A stretch of 64,000 nt of DNA, taken from contig JAEHCO010000001.1 in the NCBI GenBank assembly GCA_020697715.1, positions 810,149-874,148 on the forward strand. The letters run 5' to 3'. The DNA comes from Methanobacteriota archaeon (GTDB taxonomy: Archaea; Thermoplasmatota; Thermoplasmata; SG8-5; JAGLSY01). Under the pieces are notes generated by a model, which worked only from the letters and a program-made list of their open reading frames with translations, did not search any database and was not told the DNA's origin. Within the stretch, counting starts at the first letter, position 1; each line of letters starts with the position of its first letter. Below, piece after piece: positions 10,681-19,173 of the stretch. Position numbers and translations under genes: made by a program.

Positions 10681-11205
10681 ATGGCAAAAGAAAAGATAGA
10701 AGAATCCAGACTAGCACTCAGAGAAATGCCGGCCTTTCCAGTTGGCCTCATCACTGTCGGCAAGGGGAAGGAAGCGAATATCATAACCGCGGCTCTGATC
10801 CATGTATTCTCCTTTGACCCGCCGCTCATCGGCATTGGCATATCTCCCAAAAGGCACTCACATGGCCTTCTGGTCAAGGAAGATGAGTTTGTTGTCAATA
10901 TACCTGGCAAGGATATCTTGAAGCAAACACTGGGATGTGGTACAGTATCTGGATCCAAGGTGAACAAGTTCGAGCTTTATGAATTGGAAAAGCTCGATTC
11001 TCAGGTTGTCGAAACTCCATCCATTGGCCAGTGCAAGGTTAATTTTGAATGTCGAAAAACCCAGTTTTTCACCACTGGCGATCATGATTGGTTCATCGGT
11101 GAGATCGTGATGACCATGGTCGAGAAGGGCTATAAACGAGGAGATGGTTTACTTTACTGGGGTGGGGATTTCCGTCTGCCTGGCAAGGTCATAAAAGACA
11201 GATGA
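10681..11205 (+). CDS. Flavin reductase family protein
   Basis: FDPPLIGI, FVVNIP, GDHDWFIGEI. Confidence 0.87.
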   Translation: MAKEKIEESRLALREMPAFPVGLITVGKGKEANIITAALIHVFSFDPPLIGIGISPKRHSHGLLVKEDEFVVNIPGKDILKQTLGCGTVSGSKVNKFELYELEKLDSQVVETPSIGQCKVNFECRKTQFFTTGDHDWFIGEIVMTMVEKGYKRGDGLLYWGGDFRLPGKVIKDR

Positions 11206-11285
11206 CGATATAGCTCATCAGCCAGAATCACCTACCACCGATACAAAGAGTTTTATCACAAATCCGCTATCCCAATTCCGATAAT

Positions 11286-11456
11286 ATGAAACATGACATG
11301 ATGGAGATCCTATGTTGCCCCGTATGCAAATCCGACCTCGAGCTCAAGGCCACGAAAGAGCAGGATGGAGACGTGATCGAAGGAACACTGGCATGTGGAA
11401 AATGCTCCCATGATTACAAGATAGAGAATTCCATTCCGAATCTACTGCCACCGTGA
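11286..11456 (+). CDS. trm112: Trm112-like methyltransferase activator (56 aa, not in the ORF track)
   Basis: Manual translation MKHDMMEILCCPVCKSDL...GTLACGKCSHDYKIENSIPNLLPP: Zn knuckles and IPNLL motif. Confidence 0.9.
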   Translation: MKHDMMEILCCPVCKSDLELKATKEQDGDVIEGTLACGKCSHDYKIENSIPNLLPP

Positions 11457-11978
11457 TCAAATAAAAAGAGATTGAGCTTCAATTATTTCTTTAGAATTTT
11501 TTGCCTTTTCATACTCTTCCAGTGGTTCTCGATTCAGAGTCAGGAACGTATCACCAAATCTGAACTTGGCCAACATTCTCTCTCCCTGTTCCCTGTGTCC
11601 GAGAATTATCAAAGAGGAAGCGAAAGCCTCCACACTGGAAAGCATGAAAGGCTTTCCATAATTGACTGGGTTGGCGGCCAGCATGAATGGAAGAGACCTT
11701 CCCTTGCTTTTTCTGCCCACTCTTGGGAAATCCTCACCCGTGGCCTTCCAGGAAAGATCCAGTACAGCTAAGCCTGACCTTTCAGCCACTTCCTGATCTT
11801 CTTTGGACAAGACCTTTTCAGCCGTGGGAACCAGAACAAGAGCTGAAGCCGGCACTTGAGATATTTTCTTAATATCTATAGCTAGATCGAATTTAGCCAA
11901 CTTCCTGCCAGTGCACTTTTTTGGATCACACTGCTTCCCATCGTAAAAATATAGCTTGACATCATTGGTATTTGACAT
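11457..11978 (-). CDS. tsr3: 16S rRNA aminocarboxypropyltransferase Tsr3
   Basis: QCDPKKCTGRKL, DLSW, RSLPFMLAANPVNYGKP, LSSVEA. Confidence 0.93.
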   Translation of the reverse strand: MSNTNDVKLYFYDGKQCDPKKCTGRKLAKFDLAIDIKKISQVPASALVLVPTAEKVLSKEDQEVAERSGLAVLDLSWKATGEDFPRVGRKSKGRSLPFMLAANPVNYGKPFMLSSVEAFASSLIILGHREQGERMLAKFRFGDTFLTLNREPLEEYEKAKNSKEIIEAQSLFI

Positions 11979-11985
11979 CGGAGCA

Positions 11986-12222
11986 TCACTTCATCTTGAT
12001 AGTTTCTTGCTCCACATAATTGCCTGGCTTGACAAGCACGGTAGAGAGATAGCCCGCGAGATTGGTCCCTCCGACTATGATCAGGTATAGGCCAACCAGC
12101 AGTTCCAGGTCCAAATATCCTGTCAGAATGATTATGCCGAAAGCTATGGTCAGAATAGCTGATGCTATGCCGGTTATCCCGAGTTTTCCAAGGATCTTTT
12201 TTGATATATTTCCATTGGTCAT
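11986..12222 (-). CDS. Small 2-TM membrane protein (DUF3096-like)
   Basis: GIIIL...LVGLYLIIVG hydrophobic hairpin; ATG at 12222 after GAGGAA. Confidence 0.6.
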   Translation of the reverse strand: MTNGNISKKILGKLGITGIASAILTIAFGIIILTGYLDLELLVGLYLIIVGGTNLAGYLSTVLVKPGNYVEQETIKMK

Positions 12223-12307
12223 TTCCTCATTGTTCAAGTGTATCGCCTCTCGACCTATAACAAAAATCAACCATAAAAACTTACTTGTGCTGGTATCATT
12301 ATCAGCA

Positions 12308-12373
12308 TCTGCCTCGATGATGATAAAAAAACGTTCTGATATGTGATGAATGATGGGCGAACTGAGTGGCAGA
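12308..12373 (+). ncRNA. Box C/D guide sRNA
   Basis: Terminal stem TCTGCC/GGCAGA; C box ATGATGA 12317, D' CTGA 12336, C' GTGATGA 12343, D CTGA 12362; two 12-nt guides. Confidence 0.9.
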
Positions 12374-12378
12374 CTAAC

Positions 12379-12408
12379 TACCATTCCATGAAATTGGATG
12401 GAATGGTA
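12379..12408. promoter_or_regulatory. Perfect inverted repeat with 11-bp arms upstream of xth (operator or processing hairpin)
   Basis: TACCATTCCAT-N8-ATGGAATGGTA. Confidence 0.45.
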
Positions 12409-12440
12409 TCCATAACCTATATCTGAAATATGGTGAAAAT

Positions 12441-13229
12441 ATGAGATTGATATCCTGGAATGTGAATGGTATTCGTGCTGTATCCAAAAAGGAGATATTT
12501 GGAAGCACGGGATTCAAGGACTGGCTGGCTGATGATGGCCCTGATGTGCTCTGTCTGCAGGAAACAAAGGCCTGGCCAGAGCAATTGAAAGAGGATCTAT
12601 TGGAGCCGGCAGGTTATTCATCATACTGGAACCAGGCTGAGAAGAAAGGATATAGTGGCACTGTCATTTACACCAAAAAGAAGCCTCTCAACCACTACAC
12701 CGGTATGTTCTCCGAGACCTATGATAAGGAAGGAAGGATAGTGGCAACGGAGTTCGATAATATCACTCTGCTCAACATCTACTTTCCAAATGGTATGCAG
12801 AGCCCGGAGCGCCTGAAATACAAGCTGGAATTCTATGACACTTTCCTCGAGCATATTGATAGTATCCGAAAAAAAGGAAAGAGCGTGATCTTCTGTGGGG
12901 ATCTCAACACCGCCCATAATCCGATAGACCTGGCTCGCCCAAAAGAAAATGTAAATAACTCTGGTTTTCTACCTATCGAAAGGGAATGGATGGACAAGGT
13001 GGTGGAGCATGGCTACACGGACACTTTCAGGCATTTGAGCGATGAGCCAGACATGTACTCTTGGTGGGATTACAAGACAAGAGCAAGAGAACGAAATGTG
13101 GGCTGGAGGCTGGATTATTTCTGGGTGTCCAATGACCTATTGCCTTTCCTGAAGAATGCTTTTATAATGACCGAGATAGTGGGAAGCGATCATTGCCCAG
13201 TGGGTATTGACATCGATATTGAATTGTGA
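12441..13229 (+). CDS. xth: Exodeoxyribonuclease III / AP endonuclease
   Basis: SWNVNGIRA, LQETK, GYSG, YFPNG, GDLNTAH, GWRLDY, SDHCP. Confidence 0.96.
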   Translation: MRLISWNVNGIRAVSKKEIFGSTGFKDWLADDGPDVLCLQETKAWPEQLKEDLLEPAGYSSYWNQAEKKGYSGTVIYTKKKPLNHYTGMFSETYDKEGRIVATEFDNITLLNIYFPNGMQSPERLKYKLEFYDTFLEHIDSIRKKGKSVIFCGDLNTAHNPIDLARPKENVNNSGFLPIEREWMDKVVEHGYTDTFRHLSDEPDMYSWWDYKTRARERNVGWRLDYFWVSNDLLPFLKNAFIMTEIVGSDHCPVGIDIDIEL

Positions 13230-13267
13230 TAATAACTCTAATTTAAAAATTAAAAAGATAGAAAATG

Positions 13268-13471
13268 CTAATCCTTTGGCCATTCCACAACCCGGCTCAT
13301 GCATCTGTGGCAAAGAGCCTGCTCCGTATCATCGGTCTTCGGATTCATCCTGCCTCCGCATTTCGAGCACCATTCCTTCTCATCCCGCATGATGGCCACT
13401 TGGTCGCACGCATGCTCGAACTCCTGCATTTGCATGAATCGTCCGCAAAAGGGGCAGTAATTGTTCACCAT
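13268..13471 (-). CDS. Small Cys-rich zinc-finger-like protein
   Basis: CPFC, HAC, CSKC, CHRC; GAGG SD upstream. Confidence 0.6.
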   Translation of the reverse strand: MVNNYCPFCGRFMQMQEFEHACDQVAIMRDEKEWCSKCGGRMNPKTDDTEQALCHRCMSRVVEWPKD

Positions 13472-13489
13472 CGGATCATCCTCAATTTT

Positions 13490-14392
13490 TCAATCTCCGA
13501 TCCTCAGAATGAATTTCTCAACATGATGGTCGGGCTCGTACCGTTTCATTGCTTTTCGCAGGCCAGTATCACCAAGGTCCTGTTCCATATTGACCCAGGT
13601 CACCTCATTCGGCAATCTGGATATGAACTCCATATTCAGATACTGGTGCAATCCCGGATACTTGTGATTGGCCTTTTCAGAGTGAACGACCGCCATATTG
13701 TCGCTCATTCTTTCGCCCATGGTGAATCCAGCCAGCTCATCATCCATGTATACCACCCCACCTATTAGTCCCAATTCCGAGAAATATTTCAAGGATTCCA
13801 CAATGGCATAGGGTTCTTCAAGTAGTTTTAGTTTGCCCAGGCACCACCCTGGCTCACGCCAATCTCTCAGACCAAGACAGGTATTGGCCAGATCTTTGTC
13901 CATATCGACGTATCTGCACCTTCCCTCGAATTTTTCCATGAATTTTCTGATGAGAAGACTCCTGCTCTCATGCTTGGAGCTATTGGGATCTCCCAGGTTT
14001 GAAGCTTTGTAAACATAGTCCCAATTCTTTCTATCTGGCTCTACATTGTAACCTTCTTCTCTTAGTTGCCCAGCAAGAGGTTCGGTTATGGAATCTATCG
14101 CGAATTTCTCATTATTGTTCTCTGCTTTTTCTATCAGAGAAATGGTACTGGCCAGTACGTCCTTATGAGTGACAGGAGGATAATAGCTCAATTCGCCCAA
14201 TGGACTCATCTCACTAATGACCAATGCGCCTTTCAGGTCGGAAAGCCCAAGGGCTCTGGTTCTCCTCCAGATGAACATATTGGCAAATGTGAGCTCTGAT
14301 GCATGTGGCTGAGCATCTTTTAGATATTCATCGACCATTTCCTTATGATGCATACGCAGATATGTGAATTCCGGAAACTCCTTGATAGGCAT
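13490..14392 (-). CDS. DUF2156 / phosphatidylglycerol lysyltransferase-like (GNAT) domain protein
   Basis: ELTFANMFIW, DYVY, HSEKA, VNMEQDLGDTGLRKAMKRYEP. Confidence 0.85.
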   Translation of the reverse strand: MPIKEFPEFTYLRMHHKEMVDEYLKDAQPHASELTFANMFIWRRTRALGLSDLKGALVISEMSPLGELSYYPPVTHKDVLASTISLIEKAENNNEKFAIDSITEPLAGQLREEGYNVEPDRKNWDYVYKASNLGDPNSSKHESRSLLIRKFMEKFEGRCRYVDMDKDLANTCLGLRDWREPGWCLGKLKLLEEPYAIVESLKYFSELGLIGGVVYMDDELAGFTMGERMSDNMAVVHSEKANHKYPGLHQYLNMEFISRLPNEVTWVNMEQDLGDTGLRKAMKRYEPDHHVEKFILRIGD

Positions 14393-14529
14393 ATTGATTG
14401 TTAATACAATTTTGTTATAAAAACATGTCTTTTTATCAATTTTAAAAACAAAAGAAGCAATACCATTTTATCCATCATGTGCATTGCCGAATCGTCGAAA
14501 TCACAAGAAATTTCGATGGAGGATTAGTT

Positions 14530-15732
14530 ATGGTATCATCTGAAGAATGCATGAAAATGGAATCGACCTATGGAGCGCACAATTATCACCCAATACCTGT
14601 GGTGATCTCGAGGGCCGAAGGCCTATATGTTTGGGATCCTGAGGGAAAAAGGTACATGGACATGCTATCCTGCTATTCCGCACTCAATCAAGGCCACCGC
14701 AACCCGAAGATAATCAAGGCCGCTATCGATCAGATGGAGAAACTCACACTTACAAGTCGAGCATTTTATAATGACCAGCTCGGACCATTCCTCAAGAAGA
14801 TAACCGAGATCTCCGGCATGGAGATGGCCCTGCCCATGAACACCGGGGCAGAGGCTGTTGAGACCGGTATAAAGCTGGCCCGCAGATGGGCATACAGGAA
14901 GAAGGGCGTACCAACTGACCAAGCGGAGATAATCGTCTGTGCGGATAATTTCCACGGCAGGACAACCACGATAGCTGGCTTTTCTTCAGATCCAGATACT
15001 TATGATGATTTCGGGCCTTTCACACCTGGCTTCAAAGCAGTGCCTTACGGTAACGCTGAGGCACTGGAGGCCGCTATCACACCAAACACAGCTGCTTTCA
15101 TTGTCGAACCTATCCAGGGAGAAGCTGGAGTCGTAGTACCACCAGCTGGCTACCTCAAAGAAGTAAGGGAAATATGCACACGTCACAATGTCCTCATGAT
15201 AGCGGATGAGATCCAAACCGGACTATGCAGAACTGGCAAGATGTTCTGCTTCCAGCACGATGACATCAAGCCAGACGTTGTATTCCTGGCAAAAGCACTG
15301 GGCGGGGGCATCATGCCAATATCCGTTGTTCTAAGCTCGAAAGAAATTATGTCGGTCTTCACGCCAGGCAGTCATGGTTCCACTTTTGGCGGAAATCCAC
15401 TGGCCTGCGCGGTCGCCATGGCTTCCCTGGATGTTCTTATCGATGAAAAGCTGGATATTCGCGCACAGGAAATGGGCGGCTATTTCATGCAGGAGCTGAC
15501 CAACCTCAATAACCCGCTTATCAAGCTTGTCAGGGGAAAAGGTCTTCTCATTGCTATCGAGCTCATGCCAGAAGCTGGACCAGCAAGGAAATACACCGAA
15601 GGCCTGATGCAGAACGGTCTGCTGGCAAAGGAAACACATTCAACCATAATCAGGTTCGCGCCAAGTCTGCTCATAACCAAAGAGCAGATCGACGATGCCA
15701 TTGTGATCATCAAGGGTGTATTTGAGGCTTGA
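14530..15732 (+). CDS. rocD: Ornithine-oxoacid aminotransferase
   Basis: GAHNYHP, YSALNQGH, LTLTSRAF, EPIQGEAG, DEIQTG, KALGGG, HGSTFGGNPL. Confidence 0.93.
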   Translation: MVSSEECMKMESTYGAHNYHPIPVVISRAEGLYVWDPEGKRYMDMLSCYSALNQGHRNPKIIKAAIDQMEKLTLTSRAFYNDQLGPFLKKITEISGMEMALPMNTGAEAVETGIKLARRWAYRKKGVPTDQAEIIVCADNFHGRTTTIAGFSSDPDTYDDFGPFTPGFKAVPYGNAEALEAAITPNTAAFIVEPIQGEAGVVVPPAGYLKEVREICTRHNVLMIADEIQTGLCRTGKMFCFQHDDIKPDVVFLAKALGGGIMPISVVLSSKEIMSVFTPGSHGSTFGGNPLACAVAMASLDVLIDEKLDIRAQEMGGYFMQELTNLNNPLIKLVRGKGLLIAIELMPEAGPARKYTEGLMQNGLLAKETHSTIIRFAPSLLITKEQIDDAIVIIKGVFEA

Positions 15733-18700
15733 TCACCAATCGATAGTCCAGATAGTATCCGCTGGCACATGCACCCAATAACCTTCTCCAGGCTGCATGA
15801 TATGTCCTGGGCCAACCTCAATGACATTATAGGGTTGGCTGGCATTGAATGCCTCTACTATATCAGCTCCAGTTCCGAGAAGTGCATCCGCAACAGTAAC
15901 TGTATCGTTCAATGTCGGGTAGCCAACAAGATTCCAGCCAGCGTATAATTGGATGGCTGTCGAACTTGGTTCGCTTCCCCATACCTCCAGTGTGCAGGTT
16001 TCTGTTATGTTGATCCAGAATCCCATGGTATAATCCAGTACTTCTAGATCATTAAGTTGATCAGGCATGGTAGTGTGATTAATTTTCCAATGATCCTGAC
16101 CTATCGGGTCATAAGCTTGTATGCTGTCCCATTTACCTGAAATGCTTGACAATATAGAGTCTACGTAGTCTCCCCGGATCAGCGGTAGAGAGACGAGGTT
16201 CCAGCCTTCTGCTAGATCTATATTATAAGTGGTCGGAGGTGCCCAGGGGGCCATAAGTGGATAATTGTCCTGGCCACTATTGAATATTGAGTGAGGTGTA
16301 TCGCCGACTCCATCTGCTGGTGCAATATTTTGATCAGGTGTGCAATTGTTATCCACACCATCATAATCTGACCAGTAATTTCCACCACCAGGGTAGCCAA
16401 TATCCCATGTATTATTTGAACCATAATCATAGGCTTGAGATGGATTATTTATGAAATTATTGTGATATATGAGATTATTATCATTAGAGCCTATGTAGCA
16501 TCCTCGATAATTATCATTGATCGTATTATTGCGAATTATATTATCATCTACTGAAGGCCCAAAATCAATTCCTGCATATTGATTGTAGCTTATCTCATTA
16601 TTTTTAATAGTATTATTAGATGAGAAACCCAAAGTAATTCCAATACTGGTATGATCCAATATCTGACCTGAAATATGAATGTATGAACAGTTGGCAAGGA
16701 TCACTTGGCCTGCACCTGGAGGGATTATTCCTCCAGATACATCATACCAGTAAATTACTGGCTTACCATTTACTGTGTTCTGTGTGTCAATATAATGTGT
16801 GTTATAATGTTCTAATAAATTCCCTGCCAACTTAATTCCATTTTCATACATTGTATTTTTTGATATAATGCAATCCTGAGAACCTACGATATAAATGCCT
16901 ACAGTACCACTAAATGAAACATTATTATTTTTCACAATTGTCCCGATTGAGAAACCCAGGCTGATCCCATATTTCTCATTATACAACACTGTATTGTTCG
17001 TAACAGTGTTCTGGTCTGAATATTTCACTTCTATTCCAGCCTCTGTTGAAGCTCCGAGGTTGCGGTTTGAATTTACTGTATTATTGTTAATTATATTGAG
17101 ATCCGAGCCCGAAAAAATGTAAATTCCTTCATTACAATCTGAAATACTATTTCTTTCCAAATAATTATTATCCGCTCCCATCAGAATTATTCCCGAATTT
17201 GTATTGGAGTAGATCGTATTATTGATCAAGGTATTGAAATGTGAATTTTCTAGACCAATACCATTCCCTAAATTAGAGTATACGATATTATTTTCTATAA
17301 TTCCATTATCTACATTAGTGAGGGCTATGCCAGTGCCTGGAAATAAGGAAGGGAAAGGTCCATTGCTGGTATCATGGATGATGCAATCTCTGAAGATGAA
17401 GTGATCTGTCGTATTCCCAACATAAAGGCTATTACTAGCACCGATCCCATTAATGTCATAGCCCTCAATGATCCATGGATTACCTTCTGTACCATCACCA
17501 GTATGCCAGTTCACGACACCATGGGCCTCATCGAAATCCATGTTTGAATCTATTCTGATGGGACGATGAGCTGTGTATGAAGACCTGGTTTCCAATGGCT
17601 CCATCAATGGATAATTATCATAAATGTCAATAGGCTCTGAATAATTGAGCCAGACAAATACAGGCATACCATCCGCCCACCAGCTCCAGGCCAAGGTGAC
17701 TTCGCCTGTTGTGTAATTTAGTACATAATCATCCCAATTTGGGCCGGAGCCATCATCCTCTTCAAGCATCCAAATAAAGCCACCATCGTCATTATATATT
17801 GTACAATCAATGATATCAGTATATCCTACATTGAATGTGGTTGCTTCAAAGACTGTAAAGTATACGGTCTCATTCTCAACCGAAATGGTGTTGGAGTTAT
17901 GATCCACCATATACGGTGTATCTCCCAGATCATCTGAACCAGGGATGTCTTGATCTGGGCCAGACATAATATCCATGCCTGAATGATCATCCCAATAGTT
18001 GCCACCAGATGGGTAGCCATTATCCCAATTATTGTTCTCATTGTCATCATCAGCATGGATAGTATTTCCAATGAAATTATTGTGATAGATAAAATTGCTG
18101 TTGGATTGTGAAAGTAGAATGCCGTTTATCGTGCTCATTGAAATATTGTTCTCATGAATAAATAAGCCAGTGCTTTGGGTAAAGAATAAACCATACATAT
18201 TGTTAGAAACATTGTTGTTTCTGATTATACAAGACGATGAGCTATCGAGTCTTATGCCTGCACCATTGCCATAAGCAACATTGTTCTCGATAAGGCAATT
18301 TACAGCTGACCAGGTATGTATCCCCTCACCTGGATTATTAGAGAGATCATTGCCTCTGATCGTACCATTATGAACATTGTTCAGGACCAATCCTATTGTG
18401 GGGCCATAGGGCCAGTCTTCCCACTCAGTAGTATCATGAAGATAACTATCGCTCAAAACAAAATGATCCGTGGTATTTCCAATGTATATGCAATAACTAT
18501 AGCCAGTTCCATCAATGTCCCAGTTCTGGATGATCCAAGGGTTGCCACCACTACCATCGCCAGTCGCCCAGTTGACAACACCATGAGCTAAATCAAAGTC
18601 CGCATTCGAATTTATTCTGATAGGTGCATGAACTGTGTATGATGGCTCAGGATCATCAGGCATATCCGCCCCTCCAGCACCCATATCTCCCTGGTAAAAT

Positions 18701-18768
18701 GATATGAATAAACTAACTACTATTAGTCCAAAACACACTCTACTTAACATTGATCTGCCCATGATCAT
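15733..18768 (-). CDS. Secreted NosD/parallel beta-helix protein with two tandem modules and a C-terminal GWNL-repeat domain
   Basis: Signal peptide; duplicated HxPIRIxSNxDFDxAHGVVNW...GNPWII modules; IYHNNF...GGNYW; C-terminal GWNLVSLP / GWNLVGYP...GYWV. Confidence 0.85.
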   Translation of the reverse strand: MIMGRSMLSRVCFGLIVVSLFISFYQGDMGAGGADMPDDPEPSYTVHAPIRINSNADFDLAHGVVNWATGDGSGGNPWIIQNWDIDGTGYSYCIYIGNTTDHFVLSDSYLHDTTEWEDWPYGPTIGLVLNNVHNGTIRGNDLSNNPGEGIHTWSAVNCLIENNVAYGNGAGIRLDSSSSCIIRNNNVSNNMYGLFFTQSTGLFIHENNISMSTINGILLSQSNSNFIYHNNFIGNTIHADDDNENNNWDNGYPSGGNYWDDHSGMDIMSGPDQDIPGSDDLGDTPYMVDHNSNTISVENETVYFTVFEATTFNVGYTDIIDCTIYNDDGGFIWMLEEDDGSGPNWDDYVLNYTTGEVTLAWSWWADGMPVFVWLNYSEPIDIYDNYPLMEPLETRSSYTAHRPIRIDSNMDFDEAHGVVNWHTGDGTEGNPWIIEGYDINGIGASNSLYVGNTTDHFIFRDCIIHDTSNGPFPSLFPGTGIALTNVDNGIIENNIVYSNLGNGIGLENSHFNTLINNTIYSNTNSGIILMGADNNYLERNSISDCNEGIYIFSGSDLNIINNNTVNSNRNLGASTEAGIEVKYSDQNTVTNNTVLYNEKYGISLGFSIGTIVKNNNVSFSGTVGIYIVGSQDCIISKNTMYENGIKLAGNLLEHYNTHYIDTQNTVNGKPVIYWYDVSGGIIPPGAGQVILANCSYIHISGQILDHTSIGITLGFSSNNTIKNNEISYNQYAGIDFGPSVDDNIIRNNTINDNYRGCYIGSNDNNLIYHNNFINNPSQAYDYGSNNTWDIGYPGGGNYWSDYDGVDNNCTPDQNIAPADGVGDTPHSIFNSGQDNYPLMAPWAPPTTYNIDLAEGWNLVSLPLIRGDYVDSILSSISGKWDSIQAYDPIGQDHWKINHTTMPDQLNDLEVLDYTMGFWINITETCTLEVWGSEPSSTAIQLYAGWNLVGYPTLNDTVTVADALLGTGADIVEAFNASQPYNVIEVGPGHIMQPGEGYWVHVPADTIWTIDW

Positions 18769-18845
18769 CTCACTTCTCCCTTTGATGAAGCGAATATGTT
18801 GATAATGTTATTTAAGGATACTGTAATCATTAACAGAGTATGGAA

Positions 18846-18930
18846 AATAGGGGTTTGGGAGGAGAGCCAGCTTTGGATATTTGGCAATTCTGAAAGATGG
18901 ACCTCCCCGATCTTAACATGATCGGGGGTA
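18846..18930 (-). ncRNA. Candidate structured RNA sharing a CU-rich motif with the 31224 and 31422 elements
   Basis: Minus strand: CCCCGATC/GATCGGGG hairpin, CCAtCTTT/AAAGcTGG stem, then CTCTCCTCCCAAACCCC and a T tract. Confidence 0.3.
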
Positions 18931-18939
18931 ATGAATAAG

Positions 18940-19122
18940 CACCCCGCCCGCGCACTGAAATAATACTGTGTTTAGACGGGGCTTAGGAATTCCAATTTGT
19001 GTTTGTCAACCACTGAGATATAGAATATAAAACTACGCCCAATTCAATAATTGGGCTAGTTCGCAAAACTTGTTTTGCTCACCCCGCCCTAATGAATATT
19101 CTATGAATTATCCAGACGGGGC
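18940..19122. repeat. Two copies of CACCCCGCCC-N24-AGACGGGGC flanking further hairpins
   Basis: Copies at 18940-18982 and 19080-19122, identical arms and spacer length, different spacer sequence. Confidence 0.75.
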
Positions 19123-19173
19123 ATGCTGTAGAGAATATGTTTGATCTCAATAGATCAATGCTGAGAATCTGAA

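Noticed and set aside
16349-16357. Perfect DnaA box TTATCCACA
   Set aside because: Single copy inside a coding region; expected by chance.
16400-17330. AT-rich stretch as a foreign insertion
   Set aside because: The reading frame is continuous and Asn/Ile-rich beta-helix codons explain the composition.
19034-19059. GCCCAAT...ATTGGGC as an integron attC site
   Set aside because: It lacks the invariant AAC/GTT triplets, and there is no integrase or cassette array.
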